A DNA stretch of 64,000 nucleotides from Klebsormidium nitens (Eukaryota; Plantae; Klebsormidiophyceae). The stretch covers positions 66,686 through 130,685 of the forward strand of contig DF237189.1 in assembly GCA_000708835.1 (NCBI GenBank), read 5' to 3'. Shown here in pieces: positions 37,001 through 52,800 of this stretch; position 1 is the first letter of the stretch; every line of letters starts with the position of its first letter. Position numbers and translations under genes: made by a program. The notes beneath the pieces are model-generated. The model was not told where the DNA came from. It saw nothing but the letters and a program-made list of their open reading frames with translations, and searched no databases.

Positions 37001-38143
37001 CTTCAAATCCGAGAGTTGTCATGTGCATATGAAGGTTGAGACATGTATATGGCGCATCTATGGCTACCTCGTCGGAGTGAGTGTTCATTACCTATGTACA
37101 TACAGCAGCTTGTGCGAGGAGCGCCTCCGTCTTTGTAGAGTACCCATTATCGAGGCATTGACGTCTTATACATGTGTTACTTGTGGCGGATCCACTGTGA
37201 TTATTCGGTTGGCAGTACGGTAGAACTCTGCATGCGCAAGACATGTATGCAGCACATCTTGCGTGTGGGTCGACAGCGGCCTCGCGAAGTGTGCCACTGC
37301 ATGCATTGTCATGATCGTCCAAATCTTGGTGCCATGAATGCTGAATGCAATGGTTATGCCTCCCTGTACGTTCCTAGGCACATAATGCTTTTCAATAATC
37401 TGCCGGTAGGTTACCGGTATGCAGCTTCGAGGTCCTAAAAACCACCAACTTGACGATCATCAGGAGCTTGGGCCTTCAATTCAATCATACCGTAGAATCA
37501 TGCACCTTTGGTATGAAAGAATGTCTTGCAGTCCCTCGTCTAGAAAATCACTGAACTACCGCTACCGGTAGCTCAACCTGCATATTCAGTGTTCATCTGA
37601 CGACGAGAGGCGTGGCTCAATATCACTTCAGGGGCAGCTAGGCGAGCAGGACTTGGGGGCTATTGCAAGGGTACAGCTACCAAATGCTAGCTGCTCATTG
37701 GAACAAGTGGATTAAAGTCCACATGTATCTTTCCGGAGTATGTCTACCATCCTCAAGCAGGGGTTCAGCCAGGTAGTGATCTGAGGCTCCTTGCTGCAGC
37801 TATGGGCTTCAAGAAAAGCTATCCCCGTACCATGCAAGTCACACTGGAGGACTCATCTCCTCCACCTAGGCCAACAAGAAAGTAATGACCAGATATCCTT
37901 CACAAGAATGTTACAACAATCAAGTGAGCAGGTCAGCAACTCTGGTTCAAGAAGATAGAGAATTCAGCTGAATGTCACCAAGCACCAGCTGCCGAAGGTT
38001 CAAAAATCCAAGAAAGGACAGGACGGCTGTCAAAAAAGGACAGGTCCAAGAGGAAACTTTCAAGATATGGGTGGTGTTAGAAAACACCAGTTTGGTTGGT
38101 AGGGAGCCAGCAAGCTGCGCTCCTCCTGCTTTGCTGGGGCTGC

Positions 38144-40500
<2,357 letters not shown>

Positions 40501-41216
40501 GCGCTCCGCCAGCAACTGCCACTCCGGCAGCTCAACCAAACTGGTGTTTTCTAACACCACCAATCGCCAAGAAATATCCGCTCCTCCTATCTGGATCTCT
40601 TCTGAGTTGGCTGTCTCACTTCATTGCATAATGCTGTGTCTGAAACAATTCAAGGTCTCAGCTTGTGCTTGGAAAAGATGCTAGAGGCAATAGCAGCAGC
40701 CTGTGCTTTCAGCAGAGACATGCACTTTTCTTCAAATAGAGACTGGTAGCTAGGTGTTTCAGGTGGCTGAAACCTTCCAACACTAATTCGTAGCTAGACA
40801 TGAGGTACGTAGAGCAATGGTTCCAGCACAGAGCGGCACTTACTTCTATTGTTTCTGGTGAAGTTCAACAAATAGTGCACAAGGTTGAAGGGCACATGCT
40901 CTCTTAGGCAGACATGTTGCGGATTTGGCAGAGTAAGCTAAATGACTCATCAAAGACTGCATGGGTTGTCTATTTGAAGTCAGTTAGCATGGGGCCATTC
41001 AGACTGATACATGCAATGTCATGCATCCTCGCACGGTATCCAGCCCTCAACAGAATTGCAAGGATGTAGTACCGGCCAACAGCATAGGCTTTGATGATCA
41101 ACCTCAAGCAGAATGTAAGACTGACTGGCCCTGCTATCTACTCTCTCTCGCTGTAATTGCTTCTCCCGGACTGGTTCATTATAACGTGATAAACAGCTCA
41201 ACTAAGCAAAGGCTGC

Positions 41217-44200
41217 CTATGGGAAGCCATAGTCAAGCTTCCCTTCATCATCGCTCCAATTATCTTGATCTGCGTGCTCATCTTCAAGGACCTGCAAGGC
41301 AAATGTCTGAAGTATTACACAAACCCGACAAGTTCTGCATTCGATGAAACAGGACAGACAACAATGACTAGCAAGATCCTCTCTCCTACGTCCGCTATGA
41401 TACTAACGTTCCTGTCGTTTGCATGTAACATTTAAGTGACCCACAGGTTGCTCCTGCTTCTGGTCAAACCCCCAATATGCACAGACATCGCTGTTCTCAT
41501 TGACTCCACGTATCGAGTACACATGTACATGGACAAGATGTGCAGACACCTTGCTTGAGAAACCAGTAAAGGCATCAGAGAGGGGGTGGGAAACTTGCCT
41601 TTGCGGGTGCGGGAGGCTCCCAAACTAAGATCTGACGATCGTTGCCCCCGCTGTACATTTCCTGCAAGAAACCAGGGTGTCATAACGAGAATTTCACATA
41701 CAAAAATGGGAAATGCTGAACACACTCTGCAGCATTCCTTGTACTGCATGGGATGTTAGACAGCCGATGCCAAGGCAAGGTGTATCAATTCGCGTTCCAT
41801 AACGGTGCAACTTAGCATCCTCGATCGCTGAACTGTCACAAATGACGGAATGACCTAAAGGCATCTCAATCCACCTTAACTGGGCTTACTGAAAAGAGCA
41901 CCCAGTTCTAGGTCTTGTCTCTTCGGAAAGGCTATCCTGTCCTTTTGTCACTGGCTTACTCAAAACATCAATCACCGGTCGCACAGTTCAGCCTTCTTGC
42001 ATAACCAAATACGGCGGCCAACACGCACTGGTTGGCAATTGTGCTCCAGATCCGCTCCGCCAAACCCAAAGAGAGGGGGATACCTCGTCGAGAAAGAGGG
42101 AGAACAGCAGCCCGCGGAAAGAACCGTTTCTGCGAACTGGCTCGTTCTCTGTGACCAGAACATCTCTGTTGACCAATGTGGATGATACACAAGCGTCTAT
42201 TTCACCATAAGTCTCTGAACGGTTACGATGATCCCACCTGATCATGTGCCTGGAAGGTGCAGCAATTTACCCCCTCGAAGTGGCCCCGGAGCGTGGCGTG
42301 CGGCTCCCCGGACCATACGTCGAACGCCTGCGCGATCGAGAAGAGCAAAAACCAGTTGGAAAAGGCATGCATGATTGTCGTCGGTAGAAGGCGCGTTTGC
42401 AGGGAGAGCAACGAGGCGCAGTGCCCCCCCTGCGACATTCTTCGCGACGTATCAAGAAGGAATCAGCGAATAAGGGCAACAAAAAGGAAAGCTTTTTGAC
42501 AATGAAGAGCAGGATAAGTGGCATGGCTGACGGAACCCGCATGCGCTCCCTAACCTCAAAACCACTTTGCCATGCGAAATATGCTCCCAGAAAAGAGAGC
42601 GGGAGGCACTGGGTCAAAAAGGAAGAACCAGCTGCCGGGACGACCATTTCAGACCCTTGTAGTGAGGAGGGCCGGCATGTATCACAAAAGAGAAGGAACG
42701 CAGCCGTTTGTGACGACACTAGGTTGGGGACTTCATTGACTATAAGGAAGGCCATCAAACGGCCGAAACCCAGATCCAACGACATGACTTGCGACAGTGC
42801 CGTCGTCACTTTCATTCCTTCCTCTGCTAACGTCGTGGAGCTCTGTGAATACCCCCCCAGTCCTCCTCGGACTTAAGGACGAAAAACTTGTCAACTCCCA
42901 GACCTATAGCCCAAGCTTACGCCAGGGGTCCCTCCTATCGATCATCGAGCCCCGGCGATTGCCGTTCTTAAAAAACTGGTCGAGACAGGATAAGCATACA
43001 GAGACAAAAACAGCAGAACCCGAAAATACTGCCAATCCATTCCATAGGATGCAAATTAACGGGCGAGAAGTCTATCTTATCACCACGCTTGCGGAATCCA
43101 CAATCATGATAGATGAGTGCGGACGGGGTGCGGACCTGGATGACGCTGCCGGACGGTTGGTACACGTGGCTGCTGTCCGGAGAGACGGCGATCTGTGTGC
43201 CCCTGTTGGCTTTGCCCCGGGTCGTCCGGTAATTTACCAGAGTGTTGTTCCCGGTCTCAATGTCCCACAGTCGCAAACGGGAGTCGGCACCTGGGAGGAG
43301 GAAAAAGCTCAGAATCAAACAGGTCTCGCAGCTTTTCTTCTGAAGTGCCCTCCGAAGCTCAAGCAGTCGCTTGCGAGGACCAGAAGAATGTCTCAGAAAG
43401 TAGTATAAACATGCGTTTGGGTCTGCAGAATCGTGAACGGCATTGAGGTGATCTTGATATGAGGCTAGGAGTAAGGTGACATTGGAAAGCTTGCGCGGAA
43501 AGCACCCTACTTCTTGAGCAGAATCAGGCCGCTTTTCATGTTGTTGCAACTTCAACATTTGGTGTCGCTCCATTGACAGAACATTGGCCGCCGGGTCACA
43601 CTGGTTGGAACTTGGAAGCAGAATATCATGCCCGGGGCCACTCGCCAGCAATTGTGCCAGTTATAACCTCTTTCGGATTTGGCAGGTGTTTTTCGCGTCT
43701 TGCCCGTCGCATCTTCGCTGCGTGACCTTTTCAACAAAGACGAAAGCTCTCTACTGCAACGAAAAGTGCTGCAGAACCATTTTCCAGATTCTTGAACCTA
43801 TCTTAATGGATTCGAGCCTTCGATCTTGGTCTTCAAAAGCCATCAAAAACGCTCAGCAGTCTCCAACAAGTGAGTCGGCTCCACAACGTGCGCGACTGCC
43901 GGAAAGGCATCTCAGACCGCAGACCTTTCCGAGCGGCTCCTGAGACTTCTGTGGCTAACAAAAAACCGCAAACGCAATTTCTTTCTCGCTCCGACGAAGG
44001 CGCATTCCTACTTAAGCTGAGCACTCACGATCGGTCTCGGAACCCCCACGCACCTGTGCTGAACAGGTACTGCCCGTCCGGCGTGCCCTGCAGTGACGTC
44101 ACAGGGGCGTCATGCGCTGACGTGCGGTCCAGCGCTGACGCCATCCCCGGGTGCAGCAGCTGCGGCCGGTCGGGGGCGCCTCTTCGCTTCGGACCCCGAC

Positions 44201-47200
44201 CTGCGTCAGGCACACTGGCTTCGCTTGAGCGCACAGAACTGAGAATTGGAAACCGCTAACGGACTGGCAAGAATGATTCGGTTCGGGCCAGTCCACTGTG
44301 GAAGGCTGTGCTAGAAACAGGCGAAGTTGCGATGATGGAAGGTTGGTGTAGACTGGCTTCGCTAGCACGTAAAAACAAATTTTCAAGACCGCGAACGTAA
44401 TGGCAGAAACGGTTTTGTTCGAGCCACTCTACTGTAGAAGGCTTTGCGAGGATTTGCAATGTTGCGATGATGGAAGGTTGGCGCAGCGGTCGGTCGGGAG
44501 CTTTCCGCCTCGGGCCTCGGGGTGCAAACACGGAGAGACCTCACGACCCAACAAGGGGATACTACGCGCCAAAACTCGCTGCGTCATAAGACACCAGCTG
44601 CCTTTTTTTGCAACAAGACCTGAAGGGTCTTTCTTTTGCTACTTCTGCGGTAAAACCAGCCCAGAACACAGGCAGAGCCCCGAGGACTGAACTCAATCTG
44701 CAGGGACGCTTTCTTCGTGCGTCTGAGAGCGTCTCGTACATCGTGCGACTCTCAGGGGCTTCCAGAAGGCTCATCTCTGGGCAGCCAGAAAGCCAAACGG
44801 CAAGCATCTTATTGCTGCTGACTGAAATGAAAGCAACAGCCGAGCACTTCCCGAAACTAACTTCACGGTGGCAGAGCAGTCGCCAACAGACAGTCTATCA
44901 CGGGCCAAACCACAAAGCTGCCTGATAGCAATTTTGGGCAGACATTCGCAAGAGCACTACTGTAGACCAAAAAGAACCAGCCCACCAACCAACGAAGTTG
45001 GCCAAAATAGCCACCTGGAGCAAATCGGTCGCCGAAATCAGGCCGTTCGATTACTCGAACGCGGCCATCGGACGACCCAGACTGTGGAACCGGCCCAGGT
45101 TGGACGCGGGACCCGGCAACCACTTTCGCGCAAACTTGCAGTATGACGCCGTCTTACAAAAGCTGTTCAGTCTCACCTTCCCGCTGTTGAAGAGCGTTCG
45201 GTGGATCCGTACGCGTGTCCTGTGGTCGAGGGGGCGGCCGCCGCCCCATCTGGGTCTTGTGCTGGTCCAACACCTTGAAGCAGCCCGCACTGCACAAGAG
45301 AGATGGGAGTAGTCATTCTCTTCGGCTCCCTAATAAGACAAAATATTTCGTATTGATGCTGAAATATACTTCGCAATAGCTTCATTATATATACTTCGAT
45401 TGGATGCTGAACTATACCTTGAATGGATACTGTAAACTTTATCTCGAATGGATGCTGAAATTTACTTCCGAATGGATGCTGAAATATACCTCGACTGGAC
45501 GCTCAGTTGGCTCGATCGGGACGTGGGCAGAGAAGGTTCTGACCTGGGACAGTAAAGCCAAACACGCAATTCTCGAGCTTCAGAATTGGAGCGTGCAGAT
45601 AGGAGCTGCAACATCTGATCCTCCACATGAAGGGGCCCAAAAGTCCGGATTTCCCAGATTAAGGGGGCCGAAAGTGTGATTCTTCCAAAAAAGGACGCCC
45701 AAAAGTATAATTGTTCCAAATAAGGGGCCCCGAAAGTCTGATTCTTCCAGATAAAGGGGCCTGAAAGTCTGATCCCCCACGTGAAGGGGCCCAAAAGTCT
45801 CCGCGCTCACCGCCGGATGTCCCAGAAGCGGATGGCGCCGTCGCACCCCCCCGTCATGAGCACGAACTCGCTGGAGAGCGACCACGTGACCGCCCAGACC
45901 GCGTCCCGGTGGCCCGCCAGGCTGTGTGCGAAGCCGCCGCTGCTGACGTCACACAGGCGGACCCGGGTGTCACCGCTGCCAACTGCACATAATGACGGCT
46001 TTCATCCCCTGCTTATTCGCCTTTTCTGTGCCAATCGCTTCCTTTCATGCAATGCTTTCAGGACCGCATTCCTGGTATTCCCACAAGGGTCTGGAGCCCT
46101 GACCTCGTCGATAAGGCACTTGGTTGAGCATCCCAATCGCTTGTCGTAGCAGGCTTCGTCGCATCATTTTAGATACTTTGATGATTGTAATGAAACAATG
46201 CACGACGCAATCGCGTAGGACCCCGACGATTTGACGGAAAGGAAAAAGAAAGTTTGCGCTGGTATTACACTCTATGTGGCGCCGAGTATGAGAAACGCTG
46301 GGACCTTTTGATATGAGGATGGTGTTGCAAAACGGCCCAAAAACGCAAAACGCATGTCTGAACAGTTGGCAGCCAAAGCGAGGCGTTCTATGACGGGGCG
46401 TGAGTGATGCTAGTGAGCACTGAAAACCACGGGCTCTGGCAGAATACCGCAAACTTCAGACGGCCGACAAAGACGAAACGAGGAGAAGAGGACAGCTAAG
46501 TCTTGAACCCTTTCATGGAAGCGAGCCTGCTTGAAAAGGCAACTGGTGCACCTAACCATCTCTTCGCTTTTGCCCATCGCTCCAAATGACTCTCAAAACC
46601 AGATTGTAAGCTGAACAGATTCACACTACTCCTTGACCGATATCAGGCTGGAAATTTGTCATGAAGGCAGAACAGACTCAAGAAGTCAAACCTGTCGGGC
46701 TTTTTCCTTATTCACACGGTCCAGCAAAGAAAAGCAGATGGCTTGCTTCTTTGTCACAATCGCGAGAAGGTCCCGAACAATTCGCTAGTCGTTTTTTCGC
46801 AACAGTTCACGGCAGCCCAAGAGCAGACTCTATGAAGTAAAGTTCTGCCTCTGGCGTGATAGCTCACCAGCTATGAGAGTGTGGGTGACAGCGACTGGAG
46901 ACATGGCGACGGCAAATACCTTGGCGGGAAGACTGAACGTCATCTCCACCTGGAAAACCATCCTAGCTTAGTATTGGGTTGCGCCAAGAAGATCAAAAGT
47001 ATAAGACCGCAGGAAAAAGAAGTGGAGGTAGTTGCTAGAATGACCTTCATGACACCAGGTGAGGGGGTATCAGCAAGAGAAATTGTACGGGTAGGATCCA
47101 TCAGACATTCTTCCAGGATATGTTGCAGCTCAGATCGCTGCTCCGTTTGCGTGACCATTTGAAGATACACCAAGCCACAAGGGCCCAATCATAAAACAAC

Positions 47201-49111
47201 AGCTGCCTAGAATGCTTAGGCAAAACCGTTGAATGTGGATTCAGATGCCAACGGCAGAATGTCACCCTTGTAAGGCGTTAAGGAGATACCCTGTAGAGAA
47301 ATCAGGAGGCTCAAGGGTTGTCTAGGGTAGTGAAGCAGTGCCCGCCTAACTCCAACAAGGGGAGGATAGGAATCCCCGCAGCGTGACCTCAGCGGTTTTA
47401 TTACGCAAAAATGTCGAGATCTAGACACAGAGTATGCTTGTTCTTCAAGCTCCAAAGCAAATGGTTTCCAGAAACTGGTGCCAAGAAGGCGTGGCAAGCT
47501 CTCACCTGCAACGTGTTCGTATCCCAGCATTTGACCGTGTCGTCAAACGAGCCCGACACGAAGAGGCCAGTATCAATTGGGTACCATGAAACGGACGAGA
47601 CGGCGTACTGGTGGGCTCCCTCCGTCCTCCTGCTCAGAAAGAAGCGCACCGCCTTTCTTGAGCGTTTGCAGAAACTCAAAAAGAGGGAGCAGCTCCTTTG
47701 GTCGACGGGACAACATGAAAGAAGCTGCCATAAAGTTGAACCCATCGTTCTTGATAGCACCTGAAGCTCCAAATAAAGTGGGTGGTTTGGCGTCGAGGCA
47801 ATATTTGCTCAATCCAGAAGGGTGGGTAAAGTATCAATCTACTCTTCCTGAGGTATTCAAACAACTTGTCAGTTTCGGTCAGTCATAAAGAATGAGTTAC
47901 CACGCACTTGTGTTGAAGAGCAACTACATTTTGAATCGTCAATCTCCAACTGAGCTTTATGAAGTCTGAAGGAAAGGTGCACTTCACTACAGTGTATCTG
48001 TTCACCGATGGTAGCCTCGCAGCCCCCACGAACGTGCAAGACAAGCAAATGAAGTCATGGTCTCAAGCTGGATACAGTAAGCAGATCAGCCAGTCCGCAG
48101 AATGTCAAGAATCAGAAAGAACCAACAGCGTCTGCCTAGCTGGGCACCCTGTCTAAGCTTTAACTACATCTTCGAGTGTGGTCGCAACAATTCACACTCG
48201 ACCTTGCAAAGAACAACGTTGCTGCATCAAGCATTGCAATGAGTGGGCTGAGAGCATTCAAGAGCATTCCTTTGTGAAAGCTCGAATCTACCAAATGAGA
48301 GGGCGCAAGAGCAGAGCATCGCTCACTTGTCAATTTTGAACAGGCGTTCATGAACTGCGGTGCCATCTTGTTCATACTTGGTGGGGACCTGAGTGTCATG
48401 GACAGCGAGCGAACCGTCCGAGGCCCCCGATAGCAAACTGCAGCAGGAATTAACCAGGGTGAAGAAGGGGGAAAACAGAAGGGTTCATGAGCACTGTGTC
48501 TATATCAACACAAAAACCAGAAGAGCGTGGATAAATCATACTCGAGATTACCCTAAACAGGTTGATGGTAAAAAGGTTGGTAAAGTGCCTGCAAAGTGAG
48601 GTTGGGAAGACCTCAAACAGAGCAGCATTGGCAAGAGTGACCGATTCTCCCACAGCCGAACGAGAGCTTAAATGCATTTCTCCAAGTTATCATGCCACTC
48701 TTCCACGTTGTAGACTGGTAGATCACAACGCGCTAGCTGTCTTTTCCTCAATACGAAGACGGTGGTCCTATGTAGAACCGTGGTTTGAGGACCTGCATGC
48801 ATGCACTACCCCTCCGTTGTTCCACCACAAAACCTCCAAAGCTTCCTCGCCCAATGCATGACTCTGAGCCCAAGCCAGACCACCTATTACTCGCAAAACC
48901 ATCTCAATCAGCAAACAACGACTCAAAAGCATACTCACTACCGCTGCTCTGTATTGTCCACCTGCAGGCTGGTGACACCACTCCTGTGGCCGCTGGAGAT
49001 CTCTTTGCTTGTGGACAGATCCAATGCGAGCAGCCGCGACTTGGCGATCCTCGCAGCAGTCACTTGGGGCTTCTCAGAGCCTGTCTGGCGATCTTGCAAA
49101 TGCTTCCACAT
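41217..49111 (-). CDS. CSA: WD40 protein CSA/ERCC8 (ATCSA-1-like DDB1-CUL4 substrate receptor, transcription-coupled repair)
   Basis: Exons encode MWKHLQDRQTG...HRSGVTSLQVD, WYPIDTGLFVSGSFD, GHRDAVWAV.W...LMTGGCDGAIRFWDIRRAGCF, DSRLRLWDIETGNNTLVN, LRGHFEGVNCC, YSGGNDRQILVW and the terminal DQDNWSD. Confidence 0.95.
45350..45800. repeat. Two adjacent intronic minisatellites in CSA
   Basis: About 5 copies of GGATGCTGAAATATAC-like units (45355-45495) and about 6 copies of AAGGGG(G)CCC(G/A)AAAGT-containing ~31-34 bp units (45620-45800). Confidence 0.8.
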
Positions 49112-49840
49112 GGGACCCTTCAATAGTGCTCCCTGGGCTGCTTGGAAGCGCACCTTGTAGTAGAAAGCAGGATGCTTCGCATTTCTGCCGCCCCAAAACA
49201 CGAGGCACATGGCCCGCATCAATCGAGTTTGATACAGCTTCAGCCCATGTTTTCCCGATCACGTGTGTCGTGCATTCGTCGACTCAGGCTACACGGAACC
49301 CGTAAACGTTACTGGCGATTGCACGCGGCGACTGGGGGCAAGTCTTCAAGCCAGGATTTCCGGAAACGTTTTGGCGTTCGGACTCAAAACCCAATTTGGC
49401 ATGTCGACTCAGGAAGTGAAGTCGCCAGGGGGATCCCGCGAGATCACTGGCAACACGTGGCAGGATTCACGCCTGGCAGCCTGAGCTAGTAATGCAAAGA
49501 TGCTTCGCGAGCCAGTTCATTTGTGTTCCAACATTGGGATCTGCTGACAGCTCTACTTACATGTGTGGACGGGACGTCTGCACCGTCAAGGCCTGCGCAC
49601 ATCATGTTGGCTCCGCCAAACAGTTACAGCTTGCTTTAACGATACAATGCATACCCTCAAGCCATTTGCAATACATGGGACTTGATGATGTGCCAACTCC
49701 TGCTAGCGCAGCATGGCCGGACAGCCGCGACATAGATTGATCAGCCCAAAGTAGCAATGTTCTCTGATCAAAAATAAGGCCTAGAACGAGTAAAGACGTA
49801 TCAGCATGTAGCTGAATTTCCTAGCAACGGCGCCGCCATA

Positions 49841-52800
49841 TCATCCGACGCCGGGCTCCTTGTCCTTCTTGTCTATCAAATCGTTCACTGCGAACATGTA
49901 GAGCTCTTTATGAAGTGCCTGCCACTCGGCGGCCTTCCTATTGCTCTCCTCGACCTGAGAGAGGAGCCGGCTGCGCTCTTCATGTGCCGTCACGAGAGCC
50001 TGGTTTTGCTGCACACGGGGAGGAGATGCGCGTCAGCTTGATGCTCTTCATTGCATATGGGCTGTGCGTGCATAGAACCCACGAAGTGGACTAAAATGCT
50101 CAAAGAGAGCGAAAAGGTTGCATCAGTGAGACTTGGTGCAAAAGACGGCTGTTTCTCGTGTGCCCCAGCGAGCTACCGCAAGAAATGAAAGACCCATCCC
50201 GGAAACAGTTTGTGCAGTTGAGCAACGCAAAAACCAATGCCGCCGTCATCTCTTCGATCTGCCGGCATCGCTCTCAGTCGCACACTCAGCTGCACAAACA
50301 CGGATTTGCACCCCCATCTATATCATCCTACCAAACAGCCTTTTTGCCATTGCAGGACCACGATCAGGATCCGAGCCCGCGAACACCATCCCTACCTGCA
50401 TACTGGCCGCCAGGCGGGCTAGCGCTCGAGTCCCGTAGCTCCCAGCCTCCGGTCGGGGTTCCGAACCGGGCAGGATGACCAGCGGGCCTTCCCACGGCGA
50501 ATCGCCCGGGGTGGTCTGATCAGCCCCGGGGTACTTTCGGAGCGCGGCAAAGGGGTGCAGGGGCCGCTTCCGGTTGTCGGCCGAGAAGAGGTTTGGGGGC
50601 TTGAGCAGAACGAGCACGTTCGTCACCGGGCCTGCACGAGTTTGATGCGATTGCTCAGTCTTCAATCTGGCGTAGAGATTTGTTGAGACTGCCTAGACGA
50701 AGCGGGTCTGTTGGCGAGATACTTATTAAATGCACCACCTTGGTTGTATTGTAATAAGTCCGTGCAACGGTCAAGGCTACACGGATTCGCGAGCAGGAGC
50801 ACAAGGAACAGAGGACCGGAACGGACGTGTTCACATTGCAGAGCACTTCAACAACACCTTGTCGCGTCAAATCCCACATAGATGTTTCTCCTGAAAGGCA
50901 GGCACTTCCAAGCAGACGCCACCAGAATACTTTTAGCAGCGGGCGCTCCGGCAAAGACGTCTCCACAACGTCTCTTTTGAGCAGAATACGCGCCAACCAG
51001 CAGGGAGAACATTGCAGAGTATGAACGAAAGAGTCAGTGGTGTGAAAATCGGCACGCACCTTTGCCGTGCTGCAGCGTCCGCAGCTGCTGGCGCCCATTC
51101 ACATCCCACGCCCGCGCGGTCCCGTCCTCGGACCCGGACACCAGCGTCGCGCCGTCCGACGACACCGCGAGTGACGTCACCGCCAAGGAGTGCCCCATCA
51201 GCACGCCGTCGGCCCCGGTTTCGTCGTCGAACGAGCCGCTGCCTTGCAACGAGAGCGCGAAGATTCGACCGTCGCTGCCGCCGGCGTAGAGGAAGTACTC
51301 GGCGGAATCCGCGGTGATGGAGTAGAGGGCGGTCGGGAAGACGACGGAACGGAGGAGGGAACCGAGAGCGACGCTCCAGATCTGGAAAAGCGTGAGCGTT
51401 ATATTGAAGCACGTTCAACCAATCTGGCCACTTGCCCCGAATCTGTGAAACCGATGATCCATTAAATAACCCAGGTGCTTCAATCAAATGACGGCCCAAT
51501 CTTATGAATGAAACTGGCGGTCGATCTGAAAGACAGTGTAGTATGAGCCGCGAGGTTTATGGCGGATCGTAAGCAAGGGTGTACAGAGAAGTCACAGCAA
51601 CTGATTAAAGACAGTCTTTCTTTGCTTGCTGGCATTGAGGATGGACGCACGGAAACGCGACACGGATTGTTTCGAAAAGCAGCGACAGGAACGGCTATGC
51701 AGCAATCGGAAAATGTTCTCAAACCGGGCAGAATCAGATCCTAAACCAGGAATCAGATCTACTCAATCTTGCTGTGCTTAGCGAGGAGAAAACTTCTCTG
51801 AGCAACACCTGCAGTCCACAAGGATGGCGGCAAACAATCTAGCCCTTTGGCGTAGATACAATACATAGAGTTGTTTACCAGTTGCCAACAACGAAGCAGT
51901 GTCACAACAGAATACCTTGCCTTCAGAGACGAGTCTGATAGCGACCTACCGGTGGAAGGCTCAATCGACTGACTCTCTTCGAACAGCAGAACACTGCCGA
52001 AAAGCAAAAGAAACGACGATGAAGCACCCGGGTAAACGAACCCAGCAGTATGCAAACTCAACGACAATTCGGTAGCGCAGTGGGTTGGTTCTGACGAGGG
52101 TAAGCGTTCCAGCACTTTGAAGGAGGGTGACGTGAGCTGGCGGATGCTTGAGCCCAGCACAGAAGGCGAAATAGCACCCAAGTCTTTCAAAACGAGACCG
52201 GCTCGAAACGACAGCCATCTCAAAAAGAAGCTCGCTAAATCTATCATGAGATTGTCGAAGAGGGCATGTGCTCCCACAAGGCTCTGGCAACAAGAATGTT
52301 CAAGCGATCCTCGCCTGCCTTTGATCTTGATGTCAGGTGATCCTGCGGGGCAAGCAACATAGCTAAACCCGGATGAGGAAGTGGACGGTGCACACGCATT
52401 CGCCCAAGCTTTTCGTAGAGGCCATAGGCGTTGATAAAGCGGAGCCATCCTCACCTTGACTGTGTGATCCAGGGACGACGAAAGCAGGACCGCGGAAGCG
52501 CCCCCCGCTCCAGTCCACAGCCCGGTTACCGGCAGCGTGTGCTCTGACCAGCTGTACAGTGGCCGCTGGGAAGCGTCACCGCTGAGGTCAGCACCGCTCA
52601 GGACTCTGCGAAGAAGCGGAAGAGTGTTTAAGCGGCCTGATCGTAAGTGTGAGTCGCAATCTGTCTATCTGGACATGGGTAGCCCAGCAAAATGTAGGCG
52701 ACTCCCCATATTACCTAAATTTGTGCAATCACCGAAAGCATCCGTGGAACTGCGCAGACCAGTGTAGGTAACACATTCTTGCTCTCAACGACTATCACTG

